64,000 nucleotides of DNA from Ylistrum balloti. Taxonomy: Eukaryota. The DNA lies in contig NW_026781965.1 in assembly GCF_031769215.1 (NCBI RefSeq), forward strand, positions 1,674,001 through 1,738,000, read 5' to 3'. Every line of letters starts with the position of its first letter. The first letter of the stretch is position 1. Position numbers and translations under genes: made by a program. Shown here one piece after another: positions 13,770-28,800 of the stretch. The notes under the pieces are model-generated. The model did no database searches, had not been told where the DNA came from, and saw only the letters and a list, made by a program, of their open reading frames with translations.

Positions 13770-14026
13770 GCTCTGTTTTTTTAAAAGTGAGATTGAGGTG
13801 AAGGGCTACTTATAAAACTTTCTCAGATAATGACCTTGACCCTCACATTCCATCATATGACCTTCAAAAGTTACTGATCTTGGATTTCTACAAATAACTA
13901 TCAGTATAGAGGTCGGTCATGGATTGCTGGGATTGAAAATGTGCATGTTTTTCTTTAAGATTGTGACCATTTTAGATACAAACTGTGCTAACAGGTAAGC
14001 GATACAGGTCTCTTGATCCTCTTGTA
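13770..14026 (-). mobile_element. HINE-like element 5' fragment
   Basis: The minus strand starts tACAAGAGgatcaagagacctgtatcgcttacctg, the same 5' signature as the copies at 18522 and 27626. Confidence 0.5.
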
Positions 14027-17000
14027 TTGTGTAATCAGATAAGGCATGAATGCTGACGACTGTAATTTAATCATTGTTCCCTTCCCAATACTGTATTTTA
14101 CAGGATGAGAAGGCCATGTTGCTAGAACACCGAAATTTGTTGATGAGACAACACCTAGAAATAGAATGAGTCAAAAAAGCGAGAAAAAAAGAAAAAAACT
14201 CTGTAACCAAGCAACCAAAGGATTGGTACAAGGATATGTTATAGGCCCTAGCGGACAAGAAACGTGTTGTAACTTTGATATGTCGTTTAGTATACTTCAT
14301 AAATATCAGTAAATCATGACTTCCTAGCATAGATTTTGACTAAACATTTTAAAGATCATTGTACAACATAAATATTGGTATATTAATGGTTACCTCCCTT
14401 GATGATCATATATTGTATACTAATGGGAAAGTAGGTTTGTGCAATATACAATATTTCTGGTACTAAATGTATGGACATGGGTTAAGTGTCACCAGTGATC
14501 TAAGAGATATGGTAACCTTTATGCTTTAATGAAGTGTATGGTGGCATAGACTTTGTATGGCTGTTGATCTTTGTGCTCAGCTAGGAAAATTATAAATATT
14601 ATATTATGAAATAATAAAAGGCCCTAATGATAACTGACAATAAAATGGTGGTCAGGTGCTCTTTAAGACTGTTAATTTATATCTATACGTTAGCCAACAA
14701 GGAATTAATTGTGGTATGAGTGTGGCGTTATGCTTCTTGTTCAAGTGTCTAGGGGTGAAGCTACAAAGAAATTAGGATAATTTTGCAAATGATTTGCCTC
14801 ATCTTGTGAATGATGTTTGAGAAGCTGTGTTTTTTATAGACAAGTACAGGCCTTTATATGTTTTGTTTGATTTAATTATCATCTTTATGTACAAAGCAAA
14901 GCACATGTACAGATGCTTGCAGAACAACTGTGATGAAAAATGTAAATGCAATTTTATTCTGTTAAATGTTACACAGTTAACTCCTATATCTGTCACTAAT
15001 CTGAAGGCAAAAAGAAGCTAGAAGAAGTTAAAGATCCACATCATAAAGGTAAATAAGTTCACTTGAAGAAAGCTTACAGAGATCTGATGGTTATCAATGA
15101 ACCAATTCTTTTTTCTGTCCTCTCCAAAAAAGATAATGCAGTTTTGAATCCAATGGTTCCTGGAAACGGATCAGACTCACAAGAGCCTGCTAAGGTGAAA
15201 TGACCAAGGAGATTTTAGTTTTTTCATTTTATATAATCAGAAATTGATTTCAGTATCTAAAATAAATTAACAATACAAATCTTCCGAATATTTTGGCACC
15301 AGATGACCCAGAATCAAAATGCCTTCGATGAAGAAAAAACAGTCCAGAGTTTGTCATCCATTTCCCCTATTAGGGTTTTTTTTTTATTATTGTGTTTAAA
15401 CATTTTTCTTTAGATTGAATGAATATCATAGGATGGCAGATCTTTTCCTCTACCTCATCCTTCTGTCAAGCAGTTTTAATGGGCTTACCACACTGTGAAC
15501 TGAGCCAAAGTCCTTTTGAGGCAGGCCTGGTCTCCTTGTAGTCACTTGTGGTTACCTTGCTGAACAACATTCATGAAGTATGTTGCTTGCCATCCTATCC
15601 AAACACTCTAACCAACTCAGCTTTTGTGACCCCCTGGGGTGGGGTGAGATTCAAAGTGTGTTTAAGATATGTAAAAAAAAGAAAGAGAGAAAAAAAAGCA
15701 AAATTCAACCGAACAAGATTTGCTCTTCAATGATTTAGCTATACAGACTGCACACTTCTCAACTATATTGAGGCCTCCAAAAGGATGAGCATTTTTTTAA
15801 CTGAGTCATTTTAACACCTTTATTGGGCCCCTATAGCAATAAGCCATGCATTTTACTTGCTTTAAATGGTTTTATTACATTTGGTTCAGTATTCTTAAAA
15901 GAAGCTAAGCATGTTAATTGTACATTGATGGGTTATTTATGGAAACATTGTTTGTTGATGGGTGACAGGATGTATGGTTGATCACATGATAGCTGTAGCT
16001 CTGCTGACTTATAATATAAAGCAGAATTGTGATGTATGTACAAGCAATACTTCAAAGTATGTAACATATTAAAAACTCAGCTAGTGACATTTTTCCTGTT
16101 TCAGCTACATTGTAGATAAGGCATGACTATTTTCGCTGGAAACACATGGTAAACCTATGAGATGTTGTATTGAAAATATAATGTATACTGTTAATTTATA
16201 TGATGTAATAATATTAATGACTGTATATTATTTCACTATTATAATTAAAGGACATTTGTAAATCTATTTTTGTTGTAAAGTCTTAGTTCACCTTCACAAA
16301 TATTAATGAATATAAGGACTTACAGTTCTGTATCATCCGTGACATCAGCATTACCGTTTATCTGTTCACTGTCAAGAAGGATTGGTCACTCTATGTATCC
16401 AAGATATCCATAAAACTACCTAGAACTGCTTACAAAACCACAAGTGTCAAATATTCTTCAATCTTAAACCTGACTTCGGAATAACCAAAAGGACTAGCCT
16501 GTCATATTTTACCATTGGTCCTCGAGGATAGACCATCAATATGTGTAAAATTACTTAGACACACCAAGGTCATAGAAGTCAAATATATTGAAGACTTTTT
16601 CTAAATAACTCAAAGGTCTAGAGAAATGCTAAATTAGCTCACGACTTGATAGGATGAGAGGCTTTAGTTTTAAATACTTGACTTTTACCAGTTTTGAGGT
16701 CACAAGAGGTCATTGTCATGCTCAGATCATTCTTCATGTAGAAATTTTCCACTACATGAAGTCCAGTTTAACAACTATATCCAAACCTACTGATTCGATA
16801 GCTGTTTCTCACGTTATCTGCAGTTACTGTTCTCTCATATACAAACATTGTTAATATGAATGCAGGAAACTTGAATACTTTTCTTAACTTAAAGTTTTGT
16901 TGGTCAAAGCAAAATTTGGTCTTAATCTTGGTGAAAAAGACTTGGAAACTTGAATTTGAAAACTCGAAAAATTCTGATAATTTGATCCTGGAAGTAAAAA

Positions 17001-18521
17001 TCCTACTTTCTCTCTTATCCCAAAGTTATAAATTTTAGCTTCATTTAATGGGGAAAAAAAATCTATCAGAATATTGTCATACAAATAAAGCACATTCATA
17101 TTAAGAGTTCATCAATGATGATTAACAGTACTGTAAATAATACAGAGAGCACTTTATTGAATACCCAAATCTCAAGACAAAGTGCCACAGAAATATGGGT
17201 CTCAAAGAGGATTTAATATTGATAAAGCTTCATATATCTTCTGAATAAATTGTTGAAATTGTGTATTGTTATTCTCATCTTTTGGGTAACTTAAAATTGA
17301 CGAAATGTCGCTAAATATATGTCAATTCAAATAGCCTCATTTTACTTTTAAGGCTATATGTTATACCAAATCTTATAGAAAACTTTCAAACTCCTTGGTG
17401 CAGAATATGCTGTAATCTTCAAACAATCTTGTCAGTAACACAAGTGCCTCTAAGTTTCTTTTATGTTTTTCAACACATATACTGTCAAAATGGTTATGAT
17501 GTTTGGGATGAACAGGAGGATTTCCAATGCAGTCTTCTCAGTGTTAGCTGTTATCTGTTTGATACAGATTCATTGTTGATCAGCATTTTCACTTCTAATG
17601 CACCCAGGGTAATTTCCATCATGAAGAGTGTAACGATTACCGGTACCTTATTTAGTACAATCTTGTTTGTGTTATTTATGTACATTAAATGAGCAGAATT
17701 ATTCTTAAAATTCATCAATAAAATAAAGGATTATTTGTGCATTATTCATTTTCAAAATTTATTAAATGTTTGACTGGAGATCTTGATAAATTGCCTACCA
17801 TTTTCTGTTATATCAACAAACTTTTGTCAACATTATGGTTACTACATTGTAAGAAAGGGTAAAGCTAACACTCAGGTGTGGCTAATATGTGGATCAAATC
17901 CAAAAAAAATGCATGAAAATTGGCTTTTGCTTATATACTTGTATAACCCAGAAAATATGGTACCATGTTTTGTACGAGAGGTTGTTTGTGAACACATGGG
18001 AAGTATTGTGACATTTGGCAATGAAATTTAGCATGTGGCATCAAAATTCTATCAATTTTTATTTACAGTAATGGTGACTTATGTTTGAACAACAGAAGGT
18101 CAAAAGGTGAACTTGTTCGAGAGGGGATATTTTCAATACATGTGTGAAGTATCGTGACAATTGGATACTGGAACTAACAATGACCTTGCTTTTGATTGCA
18201 GAAAATTGAAATGAGAACAAGCAGAAGAGATGATGCTTGTGAACACATGTGAAGTATCTAGATAATCAAATAAGAAAACTGTAGAGCAGTGGTAATGTCA
18301 TTTGGGACAAGTATGAATGATAGGAGGGTATAAGAAAATAACCTATTTTTATTTCTTTCTTTGACCATGGATGTTCTTTCAATGACAATCAGTTCAGCAG
18401 ATTTTTTTAAATGATAAATCTAACATATTACTAGTTTGCAAATACCTCATTAGGAAACAAGGTAACATAGAGTGCTTCTCAGATACCTAAAAAGTCGGCT
18501 ACATCTGAGCTATGAAGTTGT

Positions 18522-19432
18522 AACAAGAGGTCCAAGGGGCCTTTACGGTCACCTGAGGAATATATGTCAATAATCTGGGGATTTTAAAATGTTGCAAAAA
18601 TGTAACAACACTTGTGCAGGACCAAGTGTAAAAACATCTGTACCAAGTTTGAAAATGACCCACCCAATGGTTCTTGAGAGGAAGTCCATAATGTCTTAGC
18701 CAAACAGAGGCCAGGGTGGCCATCTTGGATTTTGAATCGCCCCAAAAAATTAAGACACTTGCCAGGACCTTGTGTAGAACATTCGTATCAAGTTTCCCCT
18801 TTTCCCCCCTCCTGGGGCCCCTATTGGGGCCACGCTCTTTTTCTTCGCAAACTTGAAGCGGCTTCTCATAAGATGCTTTGTGCCAAGTCTGGTCAAAATC
18901 CATCCACTGGTTCTTGAGAAGTAGTCATTTAATGAAGGTTTTTACATATGGCCCCTTTTACACCCTTTATGGGCCCCAAAGGGGATATAATCACTTTTTT
19001 TAACATAATTTCATATGTCCTTCACTAAGGGATGCTGTCTACCAAATTTGGTTGAAATTGGTCAAAGTTGAATTTTCGACCCTTTTGAGCGCCCCTTAGT
19101 GGGGCCGTTTTAGACCCGATTTTTTTTCATTCGCAAACTTTGTAGACCTTGCTATAAGGACCCTAAATTTCAAATATGAATTTAATCTGACTGTTGGTTC
19201 ATGAGAAGAAGATTTTTAAAGATTTACCTAATTTTACCCCCTTTTCCCCCATCCTGCGGCCCCTATTCGGGCCACACCCTTTTTCTTTGCAAACTTGTTC
19301 ACCAAGTTTGGTCAAAATCTATTCTGTGGTTCTTGAGAAGAAGTTGACTATGTGAAAAGTTAACGACGCATGACGACAGACAAATCATGATGACAATAGG
19401 TCACCATGAGCCTTCGGTTCACGCGACCTAAT
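18522..19432 (+). mobile_element. Full-length Helentron-type non-autonomous element (HINE-like) with internal tandem core
   Basis: The 5' end is AACAAGAGGtccaaggggcc...ggtcacctga. Duplicated internal blocks lie at about 18797 and 19238. The 3' end is aggtcac-catgagccttcggttca-cgcgacct followed by an A-run, typical of mollusc HINE/DINE-1-like elements. Confidence 0.7.
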
Positions 19433-22400
19433 AAAAACAAAAATCTTTTTCTATTCATTTTGAACAATCTTTATTTTTTTCACTGTTACTCATGTTGAAG
19501 ACATCCGCATGTAGATCATAAAATAGGTGTATGTGATATATATTCTCCATACACACATGATGATGTACATGTACACTACCATGTGCATATTTTATCTACA
19601 CATAGAGAAGAATACTATAAATAGTATTGCACAACCCAAAAACAGCAATCAAACTAAGCTGGCATGATCATTTGTGACAAACACTGCTTTATGACACAAC
19701 CATATTAATGGGATACAGAACATTACCGTATTACATACAATAAAATGGGATTACACAGGGTTAGGTACTAATCCTTGGAGTCTGTCCACATTTGTGTAGA
19801 ATGGATCAAACTGCCCATTACAAACACACAAATACATCCACAGGGTACAAAATAATCATTCACGTTAGGATTTTGGCAAAGTCTTATTTTTTCAAACATA
19901 CCAGGATACACAAAATGCCCTTTTTCACTTCATCATTATCATCGTACATGTTTTGATCCTTACATAATACATAATATTTTGAAATGTACAATATACACTT
20001 ATAATCAATTATTAACTTGTTCCACTACAGTAGGGGTTGTGAACATACAGACTTCTAACCTGCAAGACTGGTCTGTACATATTGATATCACTATTAAAAT
20101 GTTTTTCTCTCACACTTCAGGTGTATCCCTGTTTCTGCAGTATAAGGATCTATCTTTTCTTAGGCTGGGGAAAATTTTTTATGGGTATGTTGACATCAGA
20201 AGAGTGAATTTTATAGGACATTTAACATGAGATTATTTAGTTTTCTAAATATTTTTTAACATTTTAAGATTACAAAACTGAAACTTTTCCTGCATAAAAA
20301 CCATTGGAAAATGATCTTCCTGATCTGTTGTCATTACACTGATATTCTTGACAAGACAAAGCCATTTTAAATTGATTACTACGCACAGTTCTTTTATTTT
20401 CTGCAGTTATCTGGTGAGACTTGCTCAGAAAACTTTTTATTAACTTTTTATCAAGGTAAAAAAGTCTAGTTTAAAAACAATCTCATTGTTATGTTGATTC
20501 ATCTCATCTGAAATATCTGTAAATTTGAAGATGCACAATTATGATAACTTCATACTAAAGGTGCTATTATCACAGCATTGATGAAGATAAAAGTTACCTT
20601 AGCTATATATGTATCATCACTGTCGTTAAGGACACAAAAATAATGATTAAGAATATTTCAAGAGTAAAAATTTTATAAAATATCTAAATGATGTTTATTC
20701 TTTGATGACGCACATGAAAAAACACACATTTGTCTTCATCACACACTATCAAATGACAGTGTTAGAGATTAAAAACAGTTCAAGTTAGATAACTATTTCT
20801 GGTTTCTTGTATGAAAGACAGCCTAAAAGTATTTGGTCCCAAGAAAGTTGGTTCTAAATTTGTTTGAACGATCTTGTATATACAATGTGTATTTTCAGAG
20901 AATTTTTTCTTTCTTTCGACCTGTTTTTAGAATGAGACAGGGTAAGGTATTATCCACAGGTATAGATAAGCCCCTGTACGTTAAAAATCTGATCACAAAA
21001 TTTTGTAGATATTTGAACACTTAAGTGATGACTACAGGGATAAACTGGGATGTATATTAGTGACAGCAGGTAAAGAAACAGGTATAAATATGGTACCACA
21101 TGATACACAGAGTAATATACAAGAATAAATTAACATGTAAATCCATCATTTCATTATACCCTGTATGAGACGAAATAATCCTTCAATGATCAGTGATATA
21201 TATTCAGCATTACAGTTGGATGTGGAATCATTTGGAAATGAAATAGAAACAAAATAGTTTTTTCTACCAGGCATCAGCTATCTGAACTGCTATCCTCACG
21301 ACAAACTAAACTGTGTATGTTCAATATCATATTTAATATGAACATAGATATGATGAACAAATTAAGCAATAATCTCACAAACAATAATGTATATGATGTG
21401 CACATTTACTAACAAATATGCAACAATAAGCACCAGATTATCTATACATACATATTATATACAATATTTCTGTACGAATGGTGTACAGTGATTGGCAGGT
21501 GCTTGTTTCACTGTTTAGTAAGAAATATCCCCTGTATGTCATTAACCATTGACTAGAAGATGTAACCTTAGGTACATTTATTATAAACTATGGATAGAAC
21601 ACTGGGAAGTGAATGGAACACAACTGAAAAGAATCTCCATCAATAAGCACGTGAATTTCACCTCCAGATAGGTCAAATTGAATTTAGCGTTTAAGTATTG
21701 AATTCTGAACATTTAACTGTAAACTCCTTATATAATACTTCAAAAAAAAAAAAAATGTTTTTTCAATCCAGAGTGACATGATATTTAAATATCCAAATGA
21801 ATATTTCCTTCAAATGGAAACCATTTATATCTATATGGTTTTAAGTACATGTACATTCAGTGTAAAGTTTACACATATAACTCATATAAAAACAATTCAA
21901 TAACTATATTTCAATTTTTTCAAGTTTACTCAAAGTACAAATTATATCTAAAATGTTTTATATAATTAGTATATTCTTTAATGTGAAAATTTTGTCTAAA
22001 GACATACAATGATCCCATTTCAAAAATAAAAATAAGTAATACATTTTCAAGTCTGAAACATAGCTATTGAAGTATCAAATGAAGTAATAAAAAGACGAGG
22101 TCTATTAGCCGATTGAAATGTTAACACCGGAAAATCTGTATTTATGATATACAAAAATAAAATGAAATGTTCATCATGAGATTTGTAAAGTATTAGGACA
22201 CTTCAGATTACATGCACTGGCCAGGACAAAAAAAGGCAGGGGTCAAAGCAGGAGTGATTTGCTAATAAAAATAATATTATAAAAGGAAAAAAAAACAAAA
22301 AACATAAAACAATGCTGTTAAAACGTGTTTCTAAATAATCTTCAAGAATTCTTAAAGTCCATGTTGGTCGTTCACCTCATAAAAAATAAAGTGTTCTTTT

Positions 22401-22890
22401 ACCTGAATAACCTGACAAAACTGGAATAACTACAGATAACTCTATACAGGAGTTACAGTAAAATAATGACAATAATTTGTGAGGAAATTCGAACAACCGA
22501 CTCTGATTAACCGGTAATGCAGCACTTCTGTTGAATTGTCTCTAGCAGTTTGACGTTTACAGTATGCTGTATTCCTCCTCACAGGCTGCCATGTTCAGTT
22601 TGAGGTATATAGCACACTGTATCTGTCATAATATGCTTCCGTGTTCAGTTTCAGGTCTACAATATGCTATATCCCTCCTAAAATCTCAGACTGCTAGGTT
22701 CACTCTAAGGTATATAGTCCTATGTTATCAAGGTAGGGGAGGGTGGGGAAGGGTTGGTGACTGAGGTGTGCCTACAACTTAATGCTAGTGTAATACAGAG
22801 AAGTCTGATGTCTTTGATGCTATGCTATCAAGCCATAATGACTAAGGAAATGTGCCTGAAGTGGCCAGTAAAGCCTTGTACAACTGAGAT

Positions 22891-25800
22891 CTACAGTCCA
22901 GTATACTCTGGTTGGGCTGCAGATGCTGGAAGCTGGCCTGTTGAAGCTGCCTGAACACTTGCAGCAGATTGTGACTTCTTCATTCCCTTTTTCTTTACAT
23001 CCTTCTCTGGTGGTTTGTCACTGTAAAATAGTATAATGCCACAAAAAAATATTATTTTACGTCTTTTAAACATTTATTGTTTCCAAAAGTTCTTCATCAC
23101 AAAATCTGTATTTAGTTTTCAAAAAGTGCAATCCATGACGTCATATCTAAGCATGAATATGGATGGTCAGTTGACACTCTTTATTGACCATTCATTTATC
23201 ACTGACATAGCCACAATTTGCTTCCCTAAACATGACAAAATTTGAAGCCAACAGGCAAAAAATAGGTACTTCCTCCAGACGTAAGATGACTGGGGACTGA
23301 CATGGGTTACACTAGATAGCTGAATTATATGATGCACTCACCTGAAGAAAGGTAAAGCCAGTAGTAGTCTTTCCTTGTTAATTGTAGCTGCAAGGGTGGG
23401 TTCTTTCTCTAGGAGGTGGTTGATGACTTTTCTTAGATATGTCTGGAAAACCTTCCGTCTATTCTCCACTACCTTGGTTTCCTTGAATATACAACAAAAG
23501 TTTGCAGTAATTTCTATTTCAGATCACATATGTTATGAATATCACAAAGTTTATACAGTCTCCGACAGAATAATACCAATGGTTATTATTAAGAGGCCCA
23601 AGGGGCCTGAATCACTCTGCAGGCCAATTTTGCTATTCAGCTATTTGATAAAGAATTTCAATCATGGTCAAGAAGTTACAATATAATATCCCTATTGGGT
23701 CCCAGCCTTGTGGTCAAACAGAAGTCAGATTCGCTATTAACAAGGGCCTAAACAGTTACCTGAGTTACAATACTTCTTGTAACATGTCATAGAAATGATT
23801 TTGTTGTTTTGTTTATACAAGATTGATTACCCTTCACCTAAGAATGCTTAAGACCAAATTTGGACAATATTGAATTATTCCTACAGGAGGGGTAGGATTT
23901 CAAAGAATTTACTCTATTTCCCTTATTAGACCCCACCCCTCCTTCCCCAAGGGGTGGTGAGCCACCATTTCTACAAATCTGATTATCCTTCCCCCAACAA
24001 TGCCTCAGGTTAAATTTGGACAAAATCCAGCAGGAGTAGGATTTTAAACAACTTGCTCTATGTCCCTTATTGGAAGTTTAAATTACGGATCAATATAATT
24101 TTTCAAAAAACAAATGAGCAGAGAATTTATCAATTGATCATATTGTCTAAACTTTCCAGATAGTAATATGAAGTTTACTCTTGTTTTATCTCTGTTATCT
24201 GAAATTCAACTATAACACCATTACACAAGAATCTTTTATACTTTTATATGTGGGGGTTGTTCCTTAACACAGACAAACCAGTTTATCCATATTTTACAAT
24301 ATATGGAATGTTGCAGACTTAATTCAGGACAGCACATGTTAATTAAGGCCATCAAAGCCATTTGCCAAGGCTTGTCATGAAGCAAATGACAATAAGTAGG
24401 TTCGTCCTTAATTCAAAAATATGCAACATTTTTCAAACTATTTTAAAATCATTGATTTCCATAGGGTTGTTATTTCTAATGATTTCGTGTCTTAATCAAC
24501 AAATTCATGTGTTCATGAACTGTAATAAACTTTTCTAATTAGTATAAGTAGATTTAAGCAGCTCTATCTATCCCTGAAATCAAGAAAAGAATCATGAAAA
24601 CTGAATCCCTTGCAAATATATGAGTTTACAGTAATGAAATTCATAAATGAAAACATCTTTGAAGAATGAACATACTAACCTTTCTACCGATGGTTTTCTT
24701 CGGTGGGAATTCATATCTACCTATGGCAGGATACTGCTTTTTTAACTTGATGTGAAACTGGTGAAACTCGCTAAATCTTTTGTATGTATTCCATTCTTCA
24801 TCTTGAATTCTTACATAAATCTGAAAGAGATTCAGACAGCAGTATCGTAACAATTGTAAATCTGTGATGTCTCTTCTACAATATCACTATGTTTTTTGGA
24901 ATAGCACATGGACTTGGAAACTGAGCTAAACTTTATCTTTTAATTTTCAGAATCCTTGAAAAGTTAATCTAGAACACATCTTGTAAATGATAGGTGTATA
25001 AAGGACTTTCGTTTTTTGAGCAACAAATTTAAACAAAAAACTTTGAAGTGAAATGTTGATGACCATGCTGCCATCACACTGCTGAAGCCACCTGTAACCA
25101 GGTTCTTACTAGTCTCGTTTTCACACCTTATCATAGCAGACAAGACAATAAGGTTGCTATAATATCAAGGCTTTAACATAAGAAAGATTACCATAATCCT
25201 AAGCTGACAAAAGACATCAATGTAGTTTTCTGTAAATTGTGGTAAAACTGTCATTAGCGCTCTCGAATTGATCTCTCATTCTAAAACTTAAATGTTTGTT
25301 ATCCCTTTATTAAAATGATTTTAGAACACTTTGTCCCTTCTGTCTACTTTTTGAATACCATAACCATAGGTTTCTGGAATTTGAAAAGTTATTGAAAGAT
25401 TTGAATATATCAATGATGGTTGTGATTTTGAACGAAGGTCAATGTACTTTGTTGGAAGAACATTGACACCTCCGCCATTTCTCTACATCTCACTGCTTGT
25501 CATTTACCCTGGGAACTACAAAATTTGATATCTGATATCTAGTCATATAAAATGATGATATTTAGTCATGTATCTCTCACACAAATATAAGGTGACGGAA
25601 GAATGTAAGCTGTAGATGTTGTACCTGGTAGACATGATGCTGATCGGATGAGGTTCCCTGGAGGAAAGCTGAAGGGATCCAGATGTTAACTAATGTGTTC
25701 AGGTGAAGGGATAAGCTAAAACAGATCAATGTTACTTTTATCAAAGCTTCTTTAACTTTATACAATGAAATTATACAAAATGGTTCCACACCATTCCTTT

Positions 25801-28800
25801 CAAGGTAACAGTGTTAATTAATTTTCTTTGATATAATATCTAAATTCTTTGATATAAGATCTGTAATTTTCTAGAAAAAGGAATTTTTTGAAAACGCTTT
25901 TGCAATAACTTTTAAAGTAATTATTTCTTTGGACAAATTATGACCATGTGCTTCATTCTCTTACCTATCCATGTCCATATTCAGCGACTCATCTGCCAAC
26001 TGCAGGTCATGTGGCAGCTGAATTATGTAAGACAATTGAGGATGATTTATGACGGTTAGCATGTAAATCATTCCCATACAAAGAACATTTAATAGATCCG
26101 ATAAATACTATTAAAATCTCCTTTATTGAGAATAGGTATATTGATAAAGAGAGACACTCTTTACTATAAGTTGCTGAGACTTATCACAAGGGATAAAAGA
26201 AGATCCATCTCGGGATCTAAACAAAATGTAATCACAAAGGATAAAAAAGTTATCTCCCATGGGGAATAAAAGGTCTATTACAAGGGCTCTTAAAAATATT
26301 ATCACAAGGGATAAAAAAAGACCCATTACAAGGCATCTAAGAAAAATTATCCAGTATCACAAGGAATTAGAAAAATATATCATATTATATATATCATAAG
26401 GGATGAAAAAAGCTCCATCACAAGGGATCAAAAAGGCTCATCACAAGGGGTTATGTAAATCTCTGGAGGTTTTAGAGAGCTTGTGAGACTAATCACTCCA
26501 GGAGAAGATAGACACAATGTCTAGAGTGAACTGTTACCTGAGGTAACAGGTAACTGGTCCCAGATATACAATGAAATATACTGAAAGTTTACAAACTGAC
26601 CGGCCCCCTGAGGTCCACTAACTCTCGCTGGACACGGCGTAACATGGCATCTTTGTTGTTAAGTGTTCGGTGTAACATTTCATTGAACTCCATCAACTCC
26701 CCATGCATCTCTGCCACCTGGTACAAACAACATAATGTGGTGAGAACAAAATTCAGTGGTAAGATAGTGATAAAAAGCAAGGTTTTAGAGGTATGACAAT
26801 GTGTACTGATAAGGTCAACTGATCCTGACAATGTAAGCTAAAAAAGATAATGTCAACTGGTAAATACATTATCCGGTATACATAAGCTAATAAATACAGC
26901 ATTGACTAGTAGCCATGCTTGAGATGATGGCCAAATTATTAAGGCAATGAAAATTCACATGAAAGCAGCAACCCCATACTGATTTTTTTTATTGATCAAA
27001 ATCACTTCTGAACATTCACTAATTTGTTTTGTTCAGATTATCATACTGTCAAAGTCCTGGGTCATTTTAGACCCGGTCTCATTACAATAGCTAGTGAGTG
27101 CCCCTTTGAATAATATACAGGAAGACTGTCTTATATATCTATACATTTCTTTTAGTGTCTTTGCCAATCGACATAAGCCCTACTGCACCGAGCAGTCTGA
27201 TTTCTTAGCTTGCTGAGAATCACAAATTGTCTCATTTACATCATTTCATGCAATTTTTGTTCCTCAGTATTGAGCAACAGGATCTGAACATGAATGGAAC
27301 CTGACTATGATCTATAGGTCACCTTCAGTCCGTCACTTAGCAGTTTTATTAATGTTATACATGAAAACAGATACATTTCAAGGACTGATTTGAGTATTAT
27401 AAAGGCTGACCTGTATCAATTTCTTCTCATATTCTGATGCCTCGTGACTGTAGTCTACACTAGGTTTGGCTGGTGGTATGTTAGGCTGAGGGTCTTCTAA
27501 GTGGATACCTAAGTTGTCTGTAAATCAGAGAGAATATAACATAACAGATCAAAAGTACATTACAATGATTCTTAGTAAAAATGTCCTATGTACTTACTTC
27601 TCACCACAGCAAGATATTAAACAAGACAAGAGGTCCACAGGCCTTAACAGTCATCTGACTATAAAGACCTATATATGAAAGAGCCACATAGGCCTAAAAT
27701 ATATTGCTCAACTACTCTACAGCTTACAAAAAAACATTGTTGGTGCATAAAAACATTTTCTGCAAACTTGAAAATCATATTCTTAATACATGCTACTAAA
27801 TGCCATTACTCTGAACCTATTGGTTCACCAAGAAATTTTAAGATCTCAACTTGCTTAACCCAAGGGATCCTAAATATAGATCAAGGTAAATTATTTTACC
27901 AAATTGGTAGCCCTTCATCAACTTATACTAAAGATCCAGTATCAACAGTCTGGATGTTTTTGTTATTGAGAAGATTTAACATATTTGATCCTGTAACCAT
28001 TAAAAAAGAGGAAATGTCAATCACATGAACAAAAATATTAACCCTTCATCCCAGCTTGCCACACGCCAAATATCAGCCCCTTAATTCTTTTGGTTATTTA
28101 AAGTTTTCTAAAGATTTTGATATATTTGACACATGTAACCTTGAAAGTTGGTCAATGTCATCCATTTTAACAAACTTTGAAATCTCCTCAATCCAAGCAT
28201 GCTACAGGCCCAATATCACCACCCTGGACCTGTTGGTTATTGAGAAGAAGTAATTTAAAGATATATTTGATCCCTGTGACCTTGGAAGTGGGTCAAGGTC
28301 ATTCATTTTATAAATCTTAGCAGCCCTTCATCCTACAGGCCCAATATCAGAACCCTGGACCTTTTGGTTATTGAGAAAAAGTTATTTGAATGGAAAGTTT
28401 ACCCATGGCAGACAGTGGACAGCATATGGTGATGGACAAAATACAATGGCTATAGGTCAACTTGACCCTTCGGTTCAGATGTTATATATATACATCAATT
28501 TACACAACCACATGTCTTCAGTTCCCTGATTATACATATACAATATTAAGTAATGGTAAATAGGAGGTAATAGACACTCATATTGTTCATAACCAACCAT
28601 CAATCTGTGAGCCCTCTGCCCTCAACATCTGCACAGCGTTAACATAGCGTCTCAGTTGATGTTTCAGTAATTCATTCTCCCTGTAACAGTGAACAGATGT
28701 CAGTATAACCAGAAGAGTTGACACAATATCACTATATATTTAGAGGTACTGATTTAATTAACATTAATGGAAAATATAACTTAAGTAAATGGCACAAAAA

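Larger units (their letters stand above)
10761..16148 (+). pseudogene. Probable decayed, intron-containing pseudogene of unidentified protein
   Basis: Splice-site-flanked, protein-like segments, several phase-compatible, with in-frame stops: 10852-10895, 11778-11838, 12262-12335 (EILRHKGHVLDRISHWFKGKSK*M), 12605- (TG*QVTTLGTLGLI*PELL*YHLLDTINMQLIINRLSTQSASELMRWHIICL), 13458-13496, 14104- (DEKAMLLEHRNLLMRQHLEIE*VKKARKK...DWYKDML*ALADKK), 15007-15048, 15133-15194, 15432-15577, 16105-16148. Confidence 0.5.

Noticed and set aside
16866-16993. Protein-like frame KLEYFS*LKVLLVKAKFG... with five stops, as a further pseudogene exon or evidence of hypermutation
   Set aside because: The stop density matches random AT-rich DNA, another frame is fully open, and the neighbouring sequence looks transposon-derived.
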